From Takakia lepidozioides (Eukaryota > Plantae > Bryophyta): a stretch of 64,000 nucleotides of DNA. The position numbers were made by a program, and so were the translations under genes. The stretch lies in NCBI GenBank assembly GCA_030704615.1, contig CM060733.1, positions 46,562,001 to 46,626,000 on the forward strand, given 5' to 3'. Position 1 is the first letter of the stretch, and the number at the start of each line of letters is the position of its first letter. Positions 26,021-37,069 of this stretch are shown here, piece by piece. Under the pieces are notes generated by a model. That model did no database searches. It saw nothing but the letters and a program-made list of their open reading frames with translations, and had not been told where the DNA came from.

Positions 26021-28264
26021 CTTTGCAGAACGGTTGGCCATCCAGGAGCAATCACAAGCTACCTAGACGACAAACAATTCACATGCAAAGGGCTGGCTTG
26101 CTGCTGGCCACTTTCAACTTCTCAGGGTTGACCATCCAAAGGAAACAACTCGAAGTGGGACAAGTTCTTCGGACTAATGATATTCATATTTGTGCTGGGC
26201 AAGAAACATGGGAAACGTCGGATAAACTGGTTGGAGATGTCAATGGTTATAAATGGGCAGGTAAGATGTGTACTCTCAAGGCAGCCTCTGCCAAACGCGG
26301 TCAAAAAGGGGTTGGATTCTTTGTCCGTGATTTCTTGTCTGACAATTGTGAAATTATCAACAAGGGTTTGAGGTACGAGCATAGTATCTGGCTAAAACTG
26401 AATTTGAAGGGCGGCATGAGTACAAAGGACCTCTTTGTTGGTTGTGTTTACATGCCCACAGAGGGGACCCTTAGTGCTGACACAGACAAGGCCTTCGACG
26501 ATGTAAAGCTGGACTGTGCTTCGTTCCTTGCCAAAGGTCAGGTGGTACTATTGGGGGACTTCAATGCCCGGGTGGGCAAAGGGATCCATCAGGACGATAT
26601 CATTGGACCTTTTTGGTGAGGACAAGCTGAATTCTAATGGTAGACGGTTAATTAACTGTCTAGAAGAGCTTCAGCTTTTGACCTTGAATAACATGACAAG
26701 AGGTGACCAAGTGCAGTGGACTCGTGAGAAATCCCAAACTGGGGAACGTTCCATTGTGGTCTATATTCACTCTAAGCCAGATTATCCAGGGAAGGAAAAA
26801 AGAAGGGAAACCCACTTATGTTTTTTTCCTGGATGTCAAAAAGGCTTATGACACAGCGTGGAGAGATGGCCTATGGTTCCGCCTCTGGTCTTGTGGGATC
26901 AAGGGAAAGATGTGGAGAGTTGTCCACAACTTGTATGCTCACACCAAAAGCTGTGTCACTGTTAACGGACAGAAGTCCAACTTCTTTGACATAAACCAAG
27001 GTGTAGCTCAAGGATGTACTCTCTCCCCTCTGCTCTTCAATGTTTTCATCAATCGACTCCTCGAGGATGTGGAAAGTGAGGGATTTGGGTTAAGGGTGGG
27101 TGATACCACCATACCAGCCCTTATGTTTGCGGATGACTTCGCAGGCATAGGGGAGACTCCAACCGATCTCCAGGAGTTGATCGATTGCCCGAAGAGATAC
27201 TTTGATCTTTGGGGGCTAGAGGCTAATGTCAGCAAATGTGCAGTGGTAGCTTTCAACGACAGAGGAGAGGGAGGAAGTGATCTTAAGTGGCAGTGGGGTA
27301 GCCAAGAGATCCCGGTCCTCCCTTCCTACACTTACCTGGGCGTTGAGTTTTCCTCCAATTGTAATTGGGATGCACATATCCGGAAAGTTGTTCAAACTGG
27401 CAAGGGCAAAGCTCTGGGGCTCACTAAATTTTTCCACTGCAGAGGGGTCAACTCTGAGGTTAAGAAAACCATGCTTTGTCACGTTATTAGACCTGCCTTG
27501 GAGTACGGATCTGCTATATGGGTTGATAACTCCAACCAGGCTAAGTCTCTAGAATCCATTCAAGTGGCAGGGATGCCTCGGCGTGAGCCTGGTCACGTGA
27601 GCGCGTGAGCGCAACTGCGCTCACGTCACGTCACCTTGCGCAAATGCCACGTCACGGGGCTCACTCCACGTCATCACACGTGAAGGCCGCGTCACCACGC
27701 GCCCAGAAAGAAGTGGAGTGTATTCCCGCGGATTGGCACCCTTTACCGCGGAACAAGTTGGACGACATAATAAAAGGCATTGAATAAAGGATGGATGAAT
27801 GTACAATTGGATGATAAACATATGGATGAGTGTCAAAAATGAATGTAGATGGATGAATGAGGGATGGATAAGAGTAAAATGGATGAATGTATAATGGATG
27901 TTGAGCAATGACAAAAATTCATGACAGGAAGATGCATGACCAAATCTTTTGACGAATGCACAACGTATATGAAATGAGTGTGGAAGGTTTGTGGGGTGGA
28001 TTAAAGAGTACAGAGGATGAATGTATAATGGATGTTGTACAAAGGAAAAAATTCATGAATGGAGCACGCATGAATACAGTGTAGATGAATGCACAATGGA
28101 TATGAGAAGAGTCAGGGAGGTTTGTGAGATGGATTCATACATATTGCAATTTGAATGAAAGTTGATTCTGTGATTATTATTTGTTCTAAAGGAACAACTA
28201 CGGTGGAGGAAGGGGATTCAACGTTTTCCAGATAATATGAAAATGAATATTAAAATAATACAGT

Positions 28265-31200
28265 TCAGTCTGACTCAGAGTCAGTACAATGTATCCCCGC
28301 TTCCTCTGCATCTAAGTCTAAGTATTTTAGAACACCGGATCCACGCTGGATACACCTAGGGCTGGCCACTAAAAAGTCAGGGGATAGGGACTCGGCCGCG
28401 TGAAGTGCCATTGCTTCGGCATAAACAGGAAGCAGAAAATTGGAAAGGGGGCTGTCGAAAACAGACTCACCAGAAATGACTGTATCTCCTGAAGATCCAC
28501 CGCTACCTTTCCTGAAAGACAGCCTGAAAAAGTTATTACTGCAACTTTGATGTTATCGAGAAATTGAGTATGACTCCCAAAGAGGGTTTAGCACTTATTC
28601 ACATGAAAAGTCGTTGTCGACCTGCTTATCTTCGGGATCGTCATCATTTCGAATTTGAATCCGATCAGTCTGTGTGCCTGAAGTGGAGCCAGACAAAAGG
28701 GGGAGGAGCACTGTGTTGTAGAGGTCAGAATCACCCTCCATGCCAAAAAGGCTTCTTCCGCCTGCCTTGCATGCATGGTAAGTTGCTCCTGCACCAGATA
28801 GGAGAACATGAACAGTTTGTAGGGGGGGATTTAAGCAGATGAAACTGTTGAAAGAAAACCAATTCGGAAGGGAAAAAACGAACCTGTGGACACAGAAAGA
28901 TCGACCACCCGTGCAGAGCGGTGGCTGCATGACTCCAGCAGTATTTGCATGAACGCTGGGGACTTTTCCTTTGCACCTCTCCAGGGAGTGCCATCTGGTC
29001 TCTTCAGAGTCTGACTGGACTGCATGAAGTTGTACAAAATGTCATCGACATGGGGCTCATAGGGGGGGTTGACGAAACAACCCTGGTCAGAAATCTCAAA
29101 GCTGCGGATGGAGGATGGTGTCTTTGAGGTGCGAATCCTCCGCAGGCAGATCGCCTCGAACATCCTCGTCTGCCAAAGATAGCAGGTTAGTGTGGTAAAC
29201 ACAATCTATAGTGGAAGTGTGTACATCGGCTATTCAGAACTCAGACACAAAAAAATCATGAATCGGTGATGATCGGTGTCGATCATAACACATTCTACTA
29301 GAGTGGAGCTGCAGAGAAAATTGAAACTCATGATCAAAGCACAAGCAGAAGGGAGACGGCATACCAACTGACCAGGGAAACCCCCTTTCACAAGGTAGAG
29401 GCTGTTCACACAATTCCATGTGCGCAAAACTTCAAACCCTGAAGACTTGAGGTATGATGCCAATGCCCGACGACTATCATTGTCACATGACTGAAAAAGC
29501 AGAAGTGTCCCTGCATCAGAGAGGAAGTTGTTACAGAACCCGAACACCCAACTCCAGTAGTTGTCCTCGAATTTGTTCTAGCCTGGCGTCTTGCCCTTTG
29601 GAAGAACTTCTGGCACAGCCTAGCCATCCGAGATGTCGAGAATGACAATGTCGGCCACAAAAGTTTTCTGCACACCGCACACGAAGGTGGGACCTGTGCT
29701 CACCTGCAACAGACATGTTTTTTATAAGAACGATGGCAAGATTGTTTTCAAAGAACGAGACTGAAATACTGCCAACGAAACTTTCAGAGAAAAAGGAAAG
29801 AAACTGGAATTCTCACCAGATTGAGGAATAAGATTATATTGTCCCAGGTAGGGGATGGCACCCCAGTGTATCCTCAATTGCACCCTTAGATCCTAACCAG
29901 GTGAATTCATATACTCGCTTAAGAATGACTCAGACAAAGAAGTGAATGTCGTCAACGACATTCAATCTGGATCTAAGATTGCAATCCATATGAAGCCACA
30001 TTTTTTCCCAAAAAAAACATTAGAGTTTCAAGTATGACATTGCACCTGTACACAACTCGCATCATGGCCCACTCTCCTCCAACCTGACTGTCAAAGTCGT
30101 TGGACCGTAAAATGTTACCATCTTTGGAGAACTCCCGGAAAAAACAGTATCTCCAGGTGAGACCTCTCCACTTCCTTATGTATGCCTCCAATGACATTTG
30201 GGGGGGGGAACAATCGAAATGTTCAGGTCCTTCAAAGTCTGATCCAGCACAATGACGGCGCGCTTTTCGAGCTGCAAATAGTTTATTTGTCAGAATTGCA
30301 AATAAGATACTCATCACATACTTGAAGAGAAGAAAACAACATGTTTGAATACACACCTGACTCCAAAATGTAGCCTTGTGGAGCCAATTATCAAACACCA
30401 AATCACTGATTCCTTCCACCTTTGTGCCAGGCTGTATGGTGCTCTTTGGGAACTGATTCAAGTCCTTTACTGTTTGATCTGAGTTCCATATCTCCAGCCA
30501 CCTTATTTTTGTTTGTGGGTCGACCATCGATATGGCCAGCCGGTGCAATTTCTCCTGCTGCATCTCCGGATGCACATGCTTGTCATAGTGTGTTTTGATC
30601 TGCTGAAGGAACTCAGGACCAAGTCCAGGATCTACTATTCTAAGCTGCTTTCCGAGGGCGGACATCAATTTGGTTCTTCGCATTTCAAACTCCTTATTTA
30701 TTGCAGCTTCCACACCTTTTGATGTCCTTAGTTCTTCTGGTGTAGTGCGGTAATATTCGGATTTTCCCTTCTCAGCTGCCTCTGCCAATTCTTGCTGCAT
30801 TGATTCAAGTAGTGATTAGCTCCGATGGGACTACAAACATGTATTCGAAAAGTAAACAGAGTACAGACTCGGGCTTACCGCATACATGTACTCCAGAAAC
30901 GCCTCTCGTGTCAAAGAATACCAAGTGCCTGCAGCTCTTCCTGTTTCGCACTTCTTGATGATATTGGGTGGTAGTACTGTCCGAAAATCATCCAGCTTCA
31001 TCAGACCAATCCTCTGAATTCGGAATAGTGTGTGAACCAAGCTTGTTGTCACATGCGATTTCTCTGTCGATCTGCAAAAACATTGGAAACATTGCATTCC
31101 TTAACACTGTTTTTTGAGGATTAATAAGACACTACAGAGGGAATGAAATCTCCTGGATGACTTACTTGTTCACGTCGTGCATAGCTGTAAGAAGCCTAGC

Positions 31201-32705
31201 GATGTCGTTTCCAGGATCCAAAACCATTGCCTCCACAGCAGCATGCTTGTCTTTGTCTTTCGCATGGTGTTTCTGAATGTATCTCATCCATGCCAGCAAT
31301 CGGTGGTTGCCGTCCCAGACGTAGAACATGTGGTTGCAGAATTGCTGGGTGTTCTTTCCCATCATGAGGCCCAGCTCGAACTCCTCATTGGCATCTTTCC
31401 AGCACTCATCCCAGTTATCACTGATCTCTGGAGATACTAATGTGCTTTTCCCATTTATATCCGTCAGTGACACATAAAAAACTTGTGCACCAAGTCTATA
31501 TCCATGCACAAAATTACTCTTCAATTTTGTTATGTCATGGGAAAGAGGTGGACGCACAACAGGCATTGATATCATCCGGCACAGAGGTATGTCCAGATGC
31601 CCTCCAGATACAAGCATGTCCCTTATAACCTCCTGAGAGTTTACCTTCTGGAATGACATGAGTTCTTTCACCTTGTCAAGGTAGTGCACTTCAGATTCAT
31701 CTGCTTCATCTGTATTCTCTGAGCTTTTTGCGGACTCGTCCCCATCTCCAGATCCTTTCCCCTCTGATCCTGTAGGCTTCGACCTCACAGTTTTCTGCAC
31801 GATGCCATTCAGTTCTGACTGAGTGATTTGCAAATAGTGAATGGTGGTAACGACCATCACTCTGTCTCAAGGAAACTCACCATGACTGGTGTGAAAGAAT
31901 TCAGCACAATCTACACAAGCAAAGCTGATACTGCCGTATTCAAAACAAAAGCGAGAGCGATAGCGAACGGCGTTAACGACAATCACAAAAGATATCGACC
32001 TGCCGGATTGGTGTTGTGTAATGACATATATGTGCAACTGATTGGCGGCAACGACATTCAGTGTAGTTTAGGGCGGACAGTAAGTGCAGACTCTCTCTTC
32101 AAACACATAGGAACATAAATCTCATGAGGAGAATCGAATGGCGTTAACGACGCTCGCAATTCAGTAGTTGCTGCTAAAGAAGGGAAGAGGAAGGACTCCT
32201 TGAAAGGCAATCAGACAGACTGTATGATCTGAACACCAGTGAATGACTGTACCGATAGTCACCAACTCATTGTGCGGTAAACCCTTCGCAGAGGAGTAGA
32301 AAGCAAATCACCTTTGTGATGGTCGGTAGCGACAATCCCTGTCTGGGACATTCCACTCAATCTCTACGCATATCTTCAACAATGAAATGTAAGTTAGATA
32401 AAACTTACTGGCACCTTCTTAGGATTTGAAATTTGATCCCCTTCTGCAGCTTTCCTCTTCCCTCTCACATCTGCTGGAATTTCTGTCTGCGCTAGGGTTT
32501 CTGGACCTTCTCCCGGTTCGGCGTTCCGCGTGCTTCCACCTCCTTCAGTGTCCCTGCGAATCATCCCTGCCTCCACAGGCTGGCGCACTCTTATCGCCGA
32601 CTGTGTCACAGCCGCTGCCTCAGTCTCCGTCTGCTCTTGTGAATCAGTCTCCGCGTTCACCTGCTGCCTTGGCCCTGTGTTCTCCAACAAACGACGCCTC
32701 GTCAT
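28265..32705 (-). pseudogene. Spliced ParB/Srx-like plus beta-class amino (N4C/N6A) DNA methyltransferase-like fusion gene, degenerate
   Basis: ParB-type motif FYVWDGNHRLLAW (exon ~31830-31167). Motif IV-like ADIVILDISDG (~29660-29625; two TAG stops in this exon). Motif X/I-like WRGAKEKSPAFMQILLESCSHRSARVVDLSVSTG|ATYHACKAGGRSLFGMEGD (29182-28600). GT-AG introns. Outer coordinates are approximate. Confidence 0.78.
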
Positions 32706-33559
32706 TTTCTCTCTTGCTCTGCGTCTCTCTCTAATGGAAGTAAAATAAAGAGACTTTCTTCTCTTTCGTATTCTAGAAGGAACCCTCTCCAGCTTGACTA
32801 CCACTCTCCCTCTAAGCGCGAAAAGTAGAAAAACGCAGTGACTCCCGATTTCTTGCGGAATTGCCTGCGTTCTTGCGTGTCTCAAGAAGCATCGGATTCC
32901 CTCTCGCGTGACCGTTACACATAGTCGTTCCCTTATTAGTGCACATGCCTGCAATTGGTGTACAGCTGTTCGTATTCAGTTATGGATGTCTGACGTGTGT
33001 CGCCCAAAAAAAACGGCGTGTTCTTTATTAGAACGGTTTCAATATTTAAAAATAACAGCGAATCCCAGAAATTTTGGCGCAGTCTTACACAAATAAATGT
33101 AAATGAACGAGAGTTTGATGACAAATCTTGGAATATCATACACGGTCATCATTGTTAGCCAAACCCCACATTCGTTTCAAATTTGGAACTTTCCAGGTGC
33201 GCATGATCATTGGTTGTAGTATATAGATACATTTACTTAATCTGCAATCCCATTCTCAGATCCTGTGGCATGCTTCCAGGAAGTCGGCTTTGTTTTTGGG
33301 TTTATTGATGAGGTTCTGGTTAACGGTTTTACAGCTGCCGACACTGCACCTAAGGATACTCTGACCACTGGGCCCACAAGAAAAGTAATTAAAATGGACG
33401 GCTGCATATCTGGAAAGAATAACATAATATGCACAGTAGTTATCTGAGCTTCCTCCGCCATATTCTCTGCTCATTCTTCAACTGTGTTCTGGAGACATCA
33501 GTAAACCGATTTACACTAGATCTGTGATAGCAAGGTACAAACGTACGCGAGGAAGGAAG

Positions 33560-36500
33560 ATGGCTTCCTCTGAAGCGGAGTTCTTCTCTGACGACAAACC
33601 AGTGCCGTTCTCCCAGGAAGTCCTTGACAATGGATTTGCAATTGTTCTGGAACATGTCTTGGCTACCCGTTTTCAGCTGCAGAATGGCTCCATCTTTTTG
33701 GAGAAAGAGGTGTACGATCTTAAAGGGAAGTTGTTGAAATATTCTTTCCAAAACCGTGATGAGACGGCTCATATCAGCCAGTGGAGAGTGCGTCCTGGTC
33801 GATACAGAGTACTTGGAGAGCCTCGGCGAAAGTCCCTTGGGTCATATGTGACGCCCGAGACTGCTGCTTCGGTCGTTGAAGACAAGAGGGAGGTGGTGGT
33901 GAAAAAAGAACAGACGTCCTCCACTCCAATCGTTGAGCTTTCGGATTCTTCCGATGATGACATAAGTGAAATTCCAAATCCAGTCCTTCCTACTGTGGTT
34001 GCAGAAGCTGATGAAGAAGAGATTTGTAGTGTCATTCCGAAATTGCGGGCGATGGGAGGAATGGCTGGATTCAAAAGTGAGTTGCGGGGAATTGATTGGG
34101 AATCTTTGAAGCAGGTGCCTGTGAAGTTCTTGCCGGAAACTTTTGATGGCGATATCCTATTCGAGCTGCCTCCTCCTCCGCGAGTTGGAGGTGTAACAAT
34201 CATGATGCATGGAATGGACAAGAAACACGACGGGCACCCGTGGTGCAGAACAAAAACATCCAATATTCAGAATGATGACAAGCTTGTTTTCAGGAGAACA
34301 GTTTGCAATGGACACCTTAGGTGTGATAATTTGAATTGCAGACACTTTCTTCAGTCTGGGGTTCATAATCAAAGCAAATGGGAGGGTCTGGCGGAAAATC
34401 CATTTCAGCCTGGGACTGCCCCTCCACCGGCAAACACTTTCGTCTGCAAATTCTGCAAACTTGTGCCATCCTGTTTGGCGCTCTGCGGAGCAAGAATGTA
34501 CTATGTTGTCCACCGTTTGAATACAATGACGAGAGCTTGTGTGCATTTTGGATTCCATAACCATCCTGTCTCGAAGGGGGATTACAGGGAGAGTGTTGAG
34601 ACAGTATCGAGGTTGATCAAACAAGAGTTCGGGAGAAACCCATCCGCAACAACATCTGCAATTGCTCTTGGCGCAAGCAAGTCTTTCTTGGAAACCCATA
34701 TTTTGAGTGAAGGAGATTCTGTGGGGACTAAACTTGACGGTGCATCATTGGACCTGGTCATGGATCATTTCTCCACTTTAAGTTCACCTAACATTCGGCT
34801 TCAGATCAATGCATTGAGAATGGGCTCTGGGATCAGAGGCTACATAGACAATATTTTGGAATTGAAACGAGTGAGCAAGTACGATTACATCCAAGACAAT
34901 GTATTCCCAGGTCAAGGTGCCATCAAAGTTTTTCTTTTCAAAATGTCGACTGTTGGGGAGGGCAGTGGGGTTAGCCTCGTGAAGCGGATGCAGAAGACTG
35001 GGGACTTGCAGAACTGTTTTCTTATGTTTGATCATGTGAAACGAGTGAAGGATTGGACGACAATGGCTTGTCATGTCTACGATCCAATGTACCAACGAGT
35101 TATGACAATTGCAGTTTGTGACATGCAATCCGAGGATACGGAATCCCAGAAGCTCATGTGGAATTCCCTGATACGTGTCATGGGCTGCCATGGGCTGCCA
35201 TCTCCAAATTTCGCAGGTTTCATGGCAGACAGTGCTCAAGCAAATTTCAATGCTGTTCGTATTGTCTTCGGATCGGGCGACCCAAAAGTGCCAGGAAGAG
35301 AGCGTACATGTCTATTCCATTGGACACAATCTCTGGAAAAACATACAAAGTCGGACATCAAACCAGAGATGCAGACTCAGCACCGTAAATTGTGCAAAGA
35401 GTACAAAGATGCTAGAACAATGAAGGAGGCGGACACTTTGTTCCAGACAATTCGTGCATGGTGGTTCTCTTCTGGAGCTGCATCACTTGAGAGTATGAGA
35501 GCATTGGAAGATTGGCTGGCGTTTTGGCACTTCCGGTATAGACAGTGGGGAGCAGCCATGACAATGGTACGAGGCTTCTATTTCATGCTTTATTCATACA
35601 TTTGCTTTCCATATTTTTGACTCATTGCTTTCTTTATGTTGTTTCCTGTGCACTGTTCTGAAGTGTGGTTATCCTCTTTGCAGAACATGTCCATTGAGGA
35701 AATGGCGGACATGCCATCTTGCAATTTGGCAGAAACTGTGCACAACGCATGGTTGCAGCAGTCTGGGAAACGAGGTCGGGATTTGTATGTGGCAACAACA
35801 GATGATTTGATACGTGCCTTGCAACAACAAACCCGATACCGTGATTTCTTACGAGGTGGGGTTGGTGGCAAGGGTCCGGACAAATGGGAGTTGATGTTGC
35901 GTGCTGCAAACAGATCTGGGGATCCAATCAAGATAGCACGGGCGGTGAGCATGTATGCCCAGGGAACGCCACTTGTTTCTAGAGTTCCACATCTTGAAGG
36001 GGAGGAGAGATTCGGCTCCTGTAAGAGGAAATTGAATACTCCACCTGGTTCGGATTCAGATTCCCACAGGGCAGACCGTGATAACTTCTCGAAGCCTCGT
36101 GTTCCCCTGCATGACAACTCCATGTCCGGAACCTCCATTGTGGAGGAACCTCCAACACGACGGCAAGCTCCAGCATCAAACAGTGCCACTGAAATGGTGC
36201 AGGAGAGAAACAACCCCCTTGATGTGCTTGAGTCCGCATGCCCCGACCACGTTTGGCACATAGAACGCACAAGTGTAGGGTCTCGTGTGAAATGTACAGC
36301 GATCAGGGCAACTAATTTCGAGAAGTGCACTTCATCTATATCCAGAGGTGGTGCCCGAGCTCCTGCTCCGACTTTCACGGGCTTGATGCGTCCATACGGT
36401 CAACCAGAAGCCAAGAACCACAAGTTATGGTTCTGTGCAGATGATTGTGCCAGATGTGTGCATGGAACTGTGCGTCCTTCCGTAGTGATGAAGCCAACTC

Positions 36501-37069
36501 CTCCAACCGTTTGGCCCGTGAAGGTGGGAACACATCTCAGATTTCAGGAGATTGAAATGCTGGAAGAGGCAGGCTTTTCCCTTGCGAGACAACCCCAACT
36601 CCATGCATGTGCTACTACTTCTGCGTCCTCCCGGGTCCCCCCGGCAAATCCTGACTTGTGGCCAACCAAACGAGATGGAAAGCTCGTTCGGCGTTTCCCT
36701 CCAACCGCTGAACACTTTGGCAAAGTGGAGTCCGCAAGAATGCTCCAAGCTCGTGTTGGAAGCACCACGGAAGTACCCGATCCAGGATATGGTCGGGTAT
36801 TCACAATCATCACTTCCACATCTGCTGTTCATGACAGGACCTACGACATCACGGTTTCCAATTTCCCCAATTGCACATGTCCTGATTTTGTGAATATGCT
36901 ATCAACCAGTTTGGGCAAGAGAGGTAAATTCATACCCTGTTAACATTTGTATTTCATATTTTTGAGGAGGATGGTTTGCGATCCCAAACGTGACAACTTC
37001 ATTCACCAGGCCACTATGAGTTTCAACGAGGTCGATACTCTTTTGCAGCAGGATACAACACATGGGTAG
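33560..37069 (+). CDS. MULE transposase (~1130 aa): GCM/WRKY-like Zn domain, DDE core, SWIM finger; one nonsense codon in SWIM
   Basis: Exons 33560-35566 and 35684-37069. Motifs DGHPW...CNGHLRC...CKFC...C...HFGFHNHP, then FLMFD, FMAD, CLFH, NLAE, then CTCPDF...PC*HL (TAA at 36941-36943 replaces K). Confidence 0.88.

Noticed and set aside
28265-32705. Bacterial or phage contamination as the source of the ParB-MTase gene
   Set aside because: The gene has GT-AG introns conserved across copies and lies inside a TSD-flanked element nested in a plant LINE and a plant gene.
35590-36378. Long antisense or alternate-frame ORFs over transposase and LINE genes (also 9563-10192, 33769-34263, 61426-62016)
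   Set aside because: Shadow ORFs of real coding sequence with no recognisable motifs.
36941-36943. Stop-codon readthrough or RNA editing in the SWIM finger
   Set aside because: Copy 3 has K at this position (PCKH); a simple nonsense mutation is the parsimonious explanation.
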